Part shown: positions 19,750 through 28,574 of the stretch, piece after piece | How the letters are laid out: every line of letters begins with the position of its first letter | Position numbering within the stretch: position 1 is the stretch's first letter | Assembly: GCA_043807825.1 (NCBI GenBank) | Contig: JAZDFM010000034.1 | Span: 2,700 to 66,699, forward strand | Source: a bacterium | Lineage (GTDB): Bacteria; Patescibacteriota; Patescibacteriia; Patescibacteriales; GWC2-42-12 | Reading direction: 5' to 3' | Length of the DNA: 64,000 nt | Program-made: the position numbers and the translations under genes | Notes under the pieces: generated by a model | The model's database searches: none | What the model was told of the DNA's origin: nothing | Seen by the model: only the letters and a program-made list of their open reading frames with translations

Positions 19750-19796
19750 TGTCATTACGAGGAGTTCCGCCAGCCGGCGAATCGCTCGCAATGACA
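19750..19796 (+). repeat. Short palindromic repeat (outer arms only: tgtcattacgag...ctcgcaatgaca)
   Basis: Between hsp20 and grpE. Confidence 0.75.
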
Positions 19797-19799
19797 TTA

Positions 19800-20276
19800 T
19801 TATTTTAATTTATAAACTATAACTTTCGCCGCTTCTATCACTTTGCCGTTCAGCTTATATCCAGCTTTTATTTCTTTCGCCACTTGCCCGTCCAAATTTT
19901 CATCTTCGGTTTCCTCGCTATCAACAGCATCCATTGAATTATGGTCAAATTTTTCTCCCTCAACTCTTATTTCTTCAACTCCAAGCTTGTTAAGCGCGTC
20001 TTTAAATTGCTTGGCCACATGCAGGACGCCTTTCAGCCATTCATCGGACAACTCGCCGTTATGATGTTCAATCGCCAATTTCAAATTGTCGTAGACCGGC
20101 AAAATTTCCCTTAACATCAATTCATTGGCGTAAACCGCGAATTCCATTTTTTCTTTGGCGGTCTGCTTCAGCAAATTCTGATAATCCGCCAGAGCGCGCC
20201 TGTATTTGTCTTCCAAGCTTTTTTCATCTGAAGAAACATCGTTATTTTTTTCTTCCGGCATAAATTTATTTTCCAA
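19800..20276 (-). CDS. grpE: Nucleotide exchange factor GrpE
   Basis: Coiled coil (YRRALADYQNLLKQTAKEK) and a C-terminal GrpE beta domain. Confidence 0.9.
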   Translation of the reverse strand: MENKFMPEEKNNDVSSDEKSLEDKYRRALADYQNLLKQTAKEKMEFAVYANELMLREILPVYDNLKLAIEHHNGELSDEWLKGVLHVAKQFKDALNKLGVEEIRVEGEKFDHNSMDAVDSEETEDENLDGQVAKEIKAGYKLNGKVIEAAKVIVYKLK

Positions 20277-20961
20277 TTAAAATATTATTGACAAATTTTA
20301 TCAACGCCAAATTTTTTTCATAATTCATTCTTATCGGCCCCAAAATTCCCACCAGCCCGATATTGCCGTCAAGCTTGTATTTTGCCACGACCGCTCCGCA
20401 ATGCTCGCTGAAAGGATTTTTTGATCCCAGCATAATTTGCGGTCCCGTTTTCAAATCATTAAAAATACCGCCGATAATTTCATCAACGCGATCAATCACT
20501 TCCGAAATATCGTAAATCAATCCGGTTTCTATGAATTCAGGCTGATGCAATAAATTGGAAATGCCGGTATAATAAAGATTATTTTTATGAAATGCCCAAA
20601 AAACCGCGCTGTCGGAAATTTTCGCCATGGCTTTAGCCGCTTTTTTAAAACTGGCTTCATCTTTTTTTGACAATAAATTTTTAAAAATCGCGATTTCAGC
20701 TTCGCTCAATTTTTTTTCGCTTAAATTTTCCAAATAAAAATCATAAGCTTTTTCCGTGGGCACTCGCCCGGCTGAAGTATGGGGCTGGGCGATATATCCG
20801 GACTGTTCCAACTCGGCCATTTCATTTCTTACCGTGGCCGGAGAAATATCCAGATTATATTTATCAACCAAACCTTCGGATCCGATAGGCAAAGCTGTTT
20901 TAATATGCTCTTTAATGATTGTTTTTAATATCAATTCCTTGCGTTTATCCATATTTGGCAT
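20266..20961 (-). CDS. hrcA: Heat-inducible transcription repressor HrcA
   Basis: Winged-helix N-terminus (RKELILKTIIKEHIKTALPIGSEGLVDKYNLDISPATVRNEMAELEQSGYI). Context with grpE/dnaK and a CIRCE element directly upstream. Confidence 0.85.
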   Translation of the reverse strand: MPNMDKRKELILKTIIKEHIKTALPIGSEGLVDKYNLDISPATVRNEMAELEQSGYIAQPHTSAGRVPTEKAYDFYLENLSEKKLSEAEIAIFKNLLSKKDEASFKKAAKAMAKISDSAVFWAFHKNNLYYTGISNLLHQPEFIETGLIYDISEVIDRVDEIIGGIFNDLKTGPQIMLGSKNPFSEHCGAVVAKYKLDGNIGLVGILGPIRMNYEKNLALIKFVNNILIGK

Positions 20962-20988
20962 TTTACACCATTTAGCACTCTCCTGTCA
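20962..20988. promoter_or_regulatory. CIRCE operator (HrcA binding site), perfect consensus
   Basis: ttagcactc-tcctgtcaa-gagtgctaa matches TTAGCACTC-N9-GAGTGCTAA exactly. It lies between the PBP2 stop and the hrcA start. Confidence 0.9.
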
Positions 20989-20994
20989 AGAGTG

Positions 20995-22944
20995 CTAATT
21001 TTTGCGGCTGAAATACCATGTCAAAACTTCATTGGCTATCGGAACCGCGGTTGAACTCCCCTCTCCGCCCTGTTCAATCAAAACGGTTATCACTATCTCC
21101 GGATTTTCATAAGGCGCGAAGCCGGTGAACCACGCGTGAGTGGGCTTGTTCGCGGCCCACTGCGCCGTTCCGGTTTTCCCCGCCACTTCCACCGGAACAG
21201 ATTGCAAGCTGCGAGCGCTTCCGGCAGTAACCGTCTGCCTCATACCCTGTCTGACAATATCCATATTTTTAGAGCTGATTATGTTTGACTTAATCGGTTT
21301 GTTTTCAACATCTCCCATCAACTCGTCCTTGCTGTTTAAAACCTGCTTGATTAAATGCGGCCTGTACAGAGAACCGCGATTGGCGAAAGCGGAGGTGTAA
21401 TATGCCACTTGGAGCGGCGTAACCAAAGTGTCTCCCTGGCCTATGGCCAAATGATAAGTATCACCTATGTACCATGGCTCGTTTTTCGTATTCTCTTTCC
21501 ATTCCGCCGTGGGCAAAAATCCGTCTGCTTCGCCCGGCATATCAATTCCGGTCTGGGAAGCCAAGCCGAATAATTTTTCGTATTTTACCATGCGCTCAAG
21601 CCCCAATCCATGAAAATTCTGATAACCGCCTCCGATATAATAGAAAAAAGTGTTGACGGATTCGGCCAAAGCGCGCCTCACATTTGTCGCCCCATGCCCG
21701 CCGGCTTTCCAGTCCGGAAAAAACCATTGCCCGATTCTTATGCCGCCGACGCTTAAAAAACTCGTATTCTCGTTGATGATATTTTCTTCAAGGGCCGCCG
21801 ACGCTATCACCGGCTTGATGGTTGAACCTGACGGATATTCTCCGCTGATGCACCGATTAAACAAGGGTATGTCCGGATGATTGGCTATTTTTTGATATTG
21901 TTCCGCCGTCATGCCGCGCGCGAAATCATTGTTATTATACGCCGGCAAGCTTACCATGGCTAAAATCTCGCCGTTATTGGGATCCAAAGCTATAGCGCAG
22001 GCTTTATTAAGATTAAGCTTTTTCAAAACGCCTATAACAGATTCTTCAAGCTTTTTCTGCAATTCAATATCAATTGATAAAACCAAATTATGCCCGTCTT
22101 CGCCGGCTTCCCGGTTTATTATTTTTTTTTCTTTTCCCAAAGCGTCAACTTCAATTTGTTTTTTGCCGTTATACCCTTTCATTTCATTTTCCCAAAAATT
22201 TTCAATTCCTGATTTTCCGATATAATCAATCGGCAGATACTCCGAGCCTGACTTAGCCAATTCTTGGTCGTTTATTTTTCCCGTATATCCCAAAATATGC
22301 GACAGCGACAAGCTGTATAAATTATATTCGCGCCTTGTCTTATTCGTTATCGCGACTCCCGGCATATTGTCGGATTCCAAATAAAGCGCCATGGCTTTTT
22401 CGTATTCAATATTGTCCGCGACAAACATCGGCTGATACGATTCAAGCGAGCCGGGTTTTATTTTTGAAAGAGAATTTAAAATATCTTCGGGATTGAAATT
22501 TTCCAAACTTTCGCTCGCTTTTTCAACAACGGTCTGCAATCCGGAATTGTCTTTAGGCAAATCCGCCGGAATAAAATACAATAAAAAATTAGCCGAATTT
22601 CTCGCCAGCGGACGATATTTGCGATCGTAAATCACCCCTCTTTTACTTTCAATTCTTTGGATTCTTATCCTGTTTCCTTCAGCCAAATCATGATAATAGC
22701 TTCCCTTAACTATCTGCAAAAAAGCCGCGCGGCATAAAATGACGCCGATGAAAAAAATCAAAACTATGTTTATTTTAAAAACTTTATTTATATCAAAATT
22801 TTTTCCTATGGTTTCTTTTGATCCCGAAGACTGATCAAGCCAGCAATCCTCCGAGCCTCGGCTTAATTTTCCCAGCTTAACATCGCCTTGTTTTATTGTG
22901 AAAGGGTGGCCTTTCTTGAATTGTTTTCTGAATGAAAAATCCAT
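20995..22944 (-). CDS. mrdA: Penicillin-binding protein 2 (peptidoglycan D,D-transpeptidase, MrdA-like)
   Basis: N-terminal TM, a PBP dimerisation domain, and a transpeptidase domain with SGSTIKP (SxxK) and KTGTA (KTG) motifs. Confidence 0.85.
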   Translation of the reverse strand: MDFSFRKQFKKGHPFTIKQGDVKLGKLSRGSEDCWLDQSSGSKETIGKNFDINKVFKINIVLIFFIGVILCRAAFLQIVKGSYYHDLAEGNRIRIQRIESKRGVIYDRKYRPLARNSANFLLYFIPADLPKDNSGLQTVVEKASESLENFNPEDILNSLSKIKPGSLESYQPMFVADNIEYEKAMALYLESDNMPGVAITNKTRREYNLYSLSLSHILGYTGKINDQELAKSGSEYLPIDYIGKSGIENFWENEMKGYNGKKQIEVDALGKEKKIINREAGEDGHNLVLSIDIELQKKLEESVIGVLKKLNLNKACAIALDPNNGEILAMVSLPAYNNNDFARGMTAEQYQKIANHPDIPLFNRCISGEYPSGSTIKPVIASAALEENIINENTSFLSVGGIRIGQWFFPDWKAGGHGATNVRRALAESVNTFFYYIGGGYQNFHGLGLERMVKYEKLFGLASQTGIDMPGEADGFLPTAEWKENTKNEPWYIGDTYHLAIGQGDTLVTPLQVAYYTSAFANRGSLYRPHLIKQVLNSKDELMGDVENKPIKSNIISSKNMDIVRQGMRQTVTAGSARSLQSVPVEVAGKTGTAQWAANKPTHAWFTGFAPYENPEIVITVLIEQGGEGSSTAVPIANEVLTWYFSRKN

Positions 22945-22945
22945 G

Positions 22946-23479
22946 TTAATATTTTTTTACCAAAAACACGGGCTTAAAACTTCTGCCGAAAAAATAAATT
23001 ATATAATAAATAATAAAAGCCATCAAAACATTAAGGCATATTTGCTTCGGCATGGAAAACAAAAAATTTTCATCCGCTATTTCCGCCGACGGATTCACAA
23101 GAGAAAAAACGGAAATAAAAAAATAAACAGCCAGCCCGCAGGCGGCTGACGCGAACCCGGAAAGGGCTAAAAAAGAATAAACCGAACGGTTGGTGAAAAA
23201 ATATTTCAAAAGAAAATTCGCTATAATCATTGTCGCGCTCAAGCTGAAAAGATAAGCGCCGAACGGCAGAAAAGAAAAAATTTCCAGCAAGAATCCTATC
23301 GCCGCCGCCCATAAAGACGCAAAGCCGAAATTTGAAAAACCCAAAATAAAAATCAAAGCCGCCAAAACCAAATTCAAATCTCCGGCCATTCCGGGCAAGC
23401 CGCTGATGAATGAAATTTGGATGATTGCCAAAATAACTATCAATATGATATTCGCGATTATTTTTATTGCCATAAACAA
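22946..23479 (-). CDS. mreD: Rod shape-determining protein MreD-like membrane protein
   Basis: 177-aa polytopic membrane protein immediately upstream of PBP2. Confidence 0.55.
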   Translation of the reverse strand: MFMAIKIIANIILIVILAIIQISFISGLPGMAGDLNLVLAALIFILGFSNFGFASLWAAAIGFLLEIFSFLPFGAYLFSLSATMIIANFLLKYFFTNRSVYSFLALSGFASAACGLAVYFFISVFSLVNPSAEIADENFLFSMPKQICLNVLMAFIIYYIIYFFGRSFKPVFLVKKY

Positions 23480-23520
23480 ATATTAGCAAAAAACCCTTAA
23501 AAAATCCATTCGGCGGCAAA

Positions 23521-23560
23521 CCCTAAAAAAATGGGGCAAGCCTTGTGAGCTTGCCCCATG
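23521..23560 (-). terminator. Rho-independent terminator (minus strand)
   Basis: Minus-strand read: ggggcaagctcacaaggcttgcccc followed by attttttt. Confidence 0.6.
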
Positions 23561-23595
23561 CGCGCGCGAGCAGGGGTGTACTCAGCGCGCGCGAT

Positions 23596-23925
23596 TTATC
23601 CAACGAAAATATGTGAATTTTCGTTGAAAATAATCCAGCTGTCAAGGCAATGTAATGCCTGACAACCGTTATTTTTTATTACACGCGTGATAAGCTCTCC
23701 GGGAAACTCCCTTTCAAGCTCATCAGCGTTATATAATTTATCCCCGTAATAATATTCCGGAGATAAATTCACTTTCTCACCGTCATCGGTGAGATTAAAA
23801 AAATAAAATCCGCACGCCCCTTGCGGAATTTTAACTTTTTCAATTTCCCGGCTATTCATTTCAATAACCGGAAAATTATTTCTCCTGTAAGAAACAGGAG
23901 ACAAAAACTCCACAAAAATTTTCAT
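23596..23925 (-). CDS. Hypothetical protein
   Basis: 109-aa ORF between the ABC exporter and the terminator; no recognisable motif. Confidence 0.4.
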   Translation of the reverse strand: MKIFVEFLSPVSYRRNNFPVIEMNSREIEKVKIPQGACGFYFFNLTDDGEKVNLSPEYYYGDKLYNADELEREFPGELITRVIKNNGCQALHCLDSWIIFNENSHIFVG

Positions 23926-23949
23926 GGTTTGCCTCCTTTTTTTTGTTTT

Positions 23950-25743
23950 TTATTTTATATCTCCAATCTTTTGCAAATTTAACAACTTATTATACAAACC
24001 GCCCCTTTTTTCCGAAAGCTCAAAATGGCTGCCTTGCTCAACGACTTTTCCGTTTTCCAAAACAATTATTTTATCGGCTTTTTTAATCGTGCTTAACCTG
24101 TGCGCGATAATAATCACCGTCCTGTCTTTGCTGATTTTTTCCAAAGCTTGCTGAATCAATTTTTCACTGGCCGAATCAAGGCTGGAAGTGGCTTCGTCAA
24201 AAATTAAAATTTTCGGATTCGCCAAAACCGCTCTGGCCACTCCGATCCTCTGCCTTTGGCCGCCGGACAATTTGACTCCGCGTTCTCCGACCAAAGTATT
24301 ATAGCCTTGCTCCATTTTTTCAATAAACTCTTCCGCGTTGGCGATTCTGGCCGCGGCCTTTATTTCCCGCATGCTCGCTTTCGCGTTGGAATAAGAGATA
24401 TTGTCTTGGACACTGATATTGAATATTTCCACTTCTTGGGGAACGATGGCTAAAAATCTGCGAAAACTGTATATATCATAATCTTTCAAATCCTTGCCGT
24501 CAAGCAAAATTTTTCCTTTAACCGGGTCGTAATGCCTATATATCAAGCGCGCGACTGTTGTTTTTCCTCCGCCCGACGGCCCGACCAAAGCCGTGGAGCA
24601 TCCTGAATTGATTTTAAAATTAGCGTTATCAAGCGCTTTAACCCCGCCGCCTTTGTAAAAAAAATCAACTCCTTTAAATTCAATCCGTCCTTCCAGGCTT
24701 TTCGCTTTAAAACCCGAAAGCGGATTCACGATGTCAATATCTTGATTTTCCAATTTGTAAAGCCGGTTTATGGCTTCGCTTGAATCCATGATCCTGTCAT
24801 ACAGCCTTGAAATCCTGAACAGGGAAATCAAAGCTTTTTCCGAAATGGTGATTATAAAAACCAAGCTTCCGATAGTAATGCCGCCGATCCAGACAAGATA
24901 AACTCCCAAAAGCAGGATAAAAATCCGTCCGCCTGTTATGACGGAGCTTCGCAAAAAATTATATTTCAGCAATTTGAAAAATTCAAACAAAGCCACTTTT
25001 TCAGTATCTTGCTTTATTTTTTTAAATTCAACCGATTCGCGGCTTTCCTGCGAAAAAGATTTGACCGTATTTATGTTGATGATAGCTTGAGCCATTTTTC
25101 CGGCGGCTTGCTCATACAAATCATGGCGCAACAAACGCCAAGGAGAAATTTTTTTATTAAGGCTTGAAGTCAATAAAATAAATATCGGCGTAAAAAAGGA
25201 AAACGCCAAGCCGAAGCGCCAATCAACGAAAAACAATATCACGGCGGTAAATATCGTCTGGATAATGGTAGGGCCCACATCCCAGAAAAAATTTCCAAGC
25301 AAATCAACTATTTTGTCTATGCCACGCTGAATTTTAAAAATTTTATTTCCGGTATTTTCTTTTTCATGGTAGCTCAATCCCAAGCCAACCATTTTCTTAT
25401 GGGCGTTGACCGACAAATATTTTTCAACATCAACAAGAATTCTGAATAATTTTTTATCCGCTAAATAATCAATCGCGTAAAGCGCCATGTCCGAAACCAA
25501 AATCAAGCATGCCAAAATAATTATTTTCTTAATGTGCTCCGGTTTGAAATCGGCGATCAAATCTATGATTCGCTTCAATAAATACGGGCCGATGAATTTT
25601 GACAGCTCAAAAATAATCACGAAAACAAGCAAATTCATGATTCGCGAATGGGAAGCTGAAATCAATTTCCACAATCTCAGCCAAAATTGCCTCATATTCA
25701 GAGTATTTTTATTCAATTTTAAACCAAGCTCTTTTTCAAGCAT
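23950..25743 (-). CDS. ABC exporter, fused permease and ATPase (MsbA/multidrug type)
   Basis: Six-TM domain, then an NBD with GPSGGGKTT, LSGGQRQRIGVARAVL and ILIFDEATSSLD. Confidence 0.85.
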   Translation of the reverse strand: MLEKELGLKLNKNTLNMRQFWLRLWKLISASHSRIMNLLVFVIIFELSKFIGPYLLKRIIDLIADFKPEHIKKIIILACLILVSDMALYAIDYLADKKLFRILVDVEKYLSVNAHKKMVGLGLSYHEKENTGNKIFKIQRGIDKIVDLLGNFFWDVGPTIIQTIFTAVILFFVDWRFGLAFSFFTPIFILLTSSLNKKISPWRLLRHDLYEQAAGKMAQAIININTVKSFSQESRESVEFKKIKQDTEKVALFEFFKLLKYNFLRSSVITGGRIFILLLGVYLVWIGGITIGSLVFIITISEKALISLFRISRLYDRIMDSSEAINRLYKLENQDIDIVNPLSGFKAKSLEGRIEFKGVDFFYKGGGVKALDNANFKINSGCSTALVGPSGGGKTTVARLIYRHYDPVKGKILLDGKDLKDYDIYSFRRFLAIVPQEVEIFNISVQDNISYSNAKASMREIKAAARIANAEEFIEKMEQGYNTLVGERGVKLSGGQRQRIGVARAVLANPKILIFDEATSSLDSASEKLIQQALEKISKDRTVIIIAHRLSTIKKADKIIVLENGKVVEQGSHFELSEKRGGLYNKLLNLQKIGDIK

Positions 25744-25750
25744 ATTGCAT

Positions 25751-27148
25751 TTATTTCTTAATCAAATTTTTTCCGACTCTGAATATGTCTCCGGCGCCGA
25801 TCAGCACTATCACATCGTTTTCGCGCGCGTGTTCGCGCAAATATTTTTCGCATTGCTCCAAAGACGGAATATAAGAAACTTTTTGCGGTTTTTTTGTTTT
25901 TTTGTTGTCCCGCGTTATCGCCTCAACCAAATCTTCTCCGCTCACTCCGCCTTGTTTTTCGCGCGCCGATCCGTATATGCTCATGACAATCAGTTCGTCA
26001 ATACCGCTGAAACTCCTAACAAACTCTTTAAACAAAGCTTTCGTGCGGGTAAAAGTATGCGGATGAAAAACCGCGATCAATTTTCTGTCTCCGTATTTTT
26101 GCCTGATAGCGCCGACAACGGCTTTTATTTCCGTGGGATGATGCGCGTAATCGTCAATTATTTCCGCGCCTTTGAATTGGCCCAAAATCTGCATCCTTCT
26201 TTCCGCGCCTTTGAATTGGCCGAGGTGTTTTTTTATTTTTGAAACATCTATTTTTAATTCGCGGCAAGCCGCTATTACGGCCAAAGCGTTATAAATGTTA
26301 TGATTGCCAGCCAGCCGAATGGAAAAATCCCAAACTTCATTTTCAATCCGCGACTTCACCTTAAAATATTGCCGTCCGCCTTCAGCTCTAATGCCATAAG
26401 CCGCGTAATCGGCCGCGCGGCCGACGGAGTAAGTTATAATTCTGCCGCCACAATCCGCTTTCGCGATTTTTCTGACAGCGGAATCGTCAAAATTAGCGAT
26501 CAAAAATCCTTTTGGCGGAATCTTTTTTACAAATTCGGCGAAAACATTTTCATAGCTTTTTTTTGTTTTGAAAAAATCCGGATGATCATAATCTATATTA
26601 TTAAGCAAAACAGCTTTCGGCATATAATATTTTAATTTGTTTTGATATTCATCAGCCTCAACGGCCAAATAATCGGATTTTCCAACAAGAGAACAGCCGG
26701 CGAATTGCGGCACCCGCGCGCCAACCATAACGCTCGGATCAATGCCCGACATTTTCATAACATACCCGAGCCAAGCGGTTGTGGTTGTTTTGCCGTGCGA
26801 TCCGACGACGGCAATGCCGTATTTTTTGTTGAAAATTTCTCCCAGAATTTCGGCGTAAGATAAAATTTTTATTTTTCCCTTCAAAGCAGCGGCCACTTCA
26901 ACATTGGTTTCAGCGTTGTACGCGGTTGAATAAATTATCAGATCGGCGTTTTCGGGAATATTTTCAGAATCAAATTTCTCAATGACTTTTACGCCGGCTA
27001 TAGACAAAACAGAATCGGTCATATACTTTTCCGGCCCGTCCGAACCGCTTATTTCAATATTTCTCGCGGCCAAATACTGCGCCAGCATTGTCATGCCCAC
27101 ACCTTTCACGCCTATCATGTAGACTTTTTTCACTTTGTTCAAATTCAT
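25751..27148 (-). CDS. murC: UDP-N-acetylmuramate--L-alanine ligase
   Basis: KVYMIGVKGVGMTMLAQYL (MurC N-terminus), GSHGKTTTT P-loop, DDYAHHP. Contains an internal 39-bp imperfect tandem duplication (LGQFKGAE x2). Confidence 0.9.
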   Translation of the reverse strand: MNLNKVKKVYMIGVKGVGMTMLAQYLAARNIEISGSDGPEKYMTDSVLSIAGVKVIEKFDSENIPENADLIIYSTAYNAETNVEVAAALKGKIKILSYAEILGEIFNKKYGIAVVGSHGKTTTTAWLGYVMKMSGIDPSVMVGARVPQFAGCSLVGKSDYLAVEADEYQNKLKYYMPKAVLLNNIDYDHPDFFKTKKSYENVFAEFVKKIPPKGFLIANFDDSAVRKIAKADCGGRIITYSVGRAADYAAYGIRAEGGRQYFKVKSRIENEVWDFSIRLAGNHNIYNALAVIAACRELKIDVSKIKKHLGQFKGAERRMQILGQFKGAEIIDDYAHHPTEIKAVVGAIRQKYGDRKLIAVFHPHTFTRTKALFKEFVRSFSGIDELIVMSIYGSAREKQGGVSGEDLVEAITRDNKKTKKPQKVSYIPSLEQCEKYLREHARENDVIVLIGAGDIFRVGKNLIKK

Positions 27149-28431
27149 AAAATAAATTCCATGGCCTGTTTTAATATTTTTTCTTCATCCAAAATTTTCG
27201 CTTCCCTGTTCCTCACAACTATTTTTCCATTTATAATAACATTTTCCACATCGCTTCCGTTGGCGCAATAAACAAGATGGGAATACGGATCGTAAATCGG
27301 CGTCAAATGCGGCTTGTCTAAATTTACAGTGATTATATCGGCTTGTTTGCCGATTTCCAGCGATCCGATTTTATTTTCAAGCCCAAGAGCTTTTGCTCCG
27401 TTTATTGTCGCCATTTGGACAACTTGCCACGCGCTCGCGGCGGTAGGATCCATTTCGCTTATTTTATGAAGCAAGGCGCAAGCGCGCATATCGGAAAATA
27501 AATCCAAAGTGTTATTGCTGGCGGCGCCGTCAGTTCCCAAACTGATTGTAATATTTTTCATTTTAGACAAAGGCATAATGCCGGACGCTAATTTCATATT
27601 GCTGATCGGGCAATGGCTGATTTTCACTCCCCTGTTTTGATAAATTTCAATGTCATTATCATCAAGCCAGACGCTGTGCGCGGCGATTACATTATTTCCC
27701 AAAAAACCGATTGAGTCTAAATACGCGGCAGGAGATTTGCAATGCTGTTTTTTACAATTTTCTGTTTCTTTTTTTGTTTCTCCGGCATGAATATGAAGCA
27801 ATAAATTGTATTTTTCCGCTTCTTGTTTCGCTTTTATCAAAATATTTTTATCGCAAGTATAAATTGAATGCGGAGCCAAGGCGATATTTATCAATTCATC
27901 ATGTTTAAATTTTTCAGCCAGCCTTATTGTTTTATCAATCGCTTCTTCCGGAGATTTGCAGTCCGGCGTTGGAAAATTTAAAATTCCCTCGCCTATTACA
28001 GCCCGCATTCCGATTTTTTTCGCTATTTCCGCGGTAATTTCTTCAAAAAAATACATGTCATTAAAGCAAGTTGTTCCGGATTTTAGCATTTCAAGGCATG
28101 CCAATTCGCTTGCCCGCCTTACAAATTCTTCATTGACATACTTGGCTTCGGCCGGCCAGATATGCTTTTCCAGCCATTCTTGCAGAGGCAGATCATCGGC
28201 AAGTCCGCGAAAATAAACCATGGCCGCGTGGGTGTGGGTGTTAATCAGACCAGGCATTACAATGCTGTTTCCGGCGTCAATAATTTTCCCGGCATTATAA
28301 TTTTTTATTTCATCGCCAGCGCCTGCGGCAATAATTTTATTTCCAGCCACGGCGACAAAACCGTCTTTAATGACAGACAAATTTTCATCCATTGTCAGAA
28401 TGTATTTTCCTTTGATTATCAAATCGCGCAT
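27145..28431 (-). CDS. Amidohydrolase family protein (MTA/SAH deaminase / chlorohydrolase-like)
   Basis: Metal-binding MPGLINTHTHAAM and an ...HIHAGET... motif. The start is placed at MRDLIIKGKY (ATG at 28431..28429); the track's N-terminal 23 residues come from the repeat. Confidence 0.75.
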   Translation of the reverse strand: MRDLIIKGKYILTMDENLSVIKDGFVAVAGNKIIAAGAGDEIKNYNAGKIIDAGNSIVMPGLINTHTHAAMVYFRGLADDLPLQEWLEKHIWPAEAKYVNEEFVRRASELACLEMLKSGTTCFNDMYFFEEITAEIAKKIGMRAVIGEGILNFPTPDCKSPEEAIDKTIRLAEKFKHDELINIALAPHSIYTCDKNILIKAKQEAEKYNLLLHIHAGETKKETENCKKQHCKSPAAYLDSIGFLGNNVIAAHSVWLDDNDIEIYQNRGVKISHCPISNMKLASGIMPLSKMKNITISLGTDGAASNNTLDLFSDMRACALLHKISEMDPTAASAWQVVQMATINGAKALGLENKIGSLEIGKQADIITVNLDKPHLTPIYDPYSHLVYCANGSDVENVIINGKIVVRNREAKILDEEKILKQAMEFIL

Positions 28432-28439
28432 AATTTGTC

Positions 28440-28566
28440 TGTCATTGCGAGCGACTGAAAGGAGCGAAGCCTGCCTCGCGTTGCGACGCAAGGCGGGCAA
28501 TCTAACGGATAATTAATTAAGCCAATAGTTCGTGAGATTGCTTCGTCGGGACTCCTCGCAATGACA
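28440..28566 (+). repeat. Full-length type-A palindromic repeat (sister copy of 19161..19304)
   Basis: tgtcattgcgagcgactgaaaggagcgaagcctgcctcgcgttgcgacgcaaggcgggcaatctaacgg ... cgtgagattgcttcgtcgggactcctcgcaatgaca. Confidence 0.85.
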
Positions 28567-28574
28567 ATTAGTTT

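Noticed and set aside
25487-26242. Long antisense ORFs (e.g. 25487..26242 +, 48029..48673 +, 16863..17357 +, 17296..17745 +, 10476..10826 -)
   Set aside because: Each lies entirely within, and antisense to, a strongly supported conserved gene (ABC exporter/murC, ctpA, dnaK/dnaJ, tmk). The products are low-complexity and Phe/Ser-rich, typical of shadow ORFs in AT-rich coding DNA.
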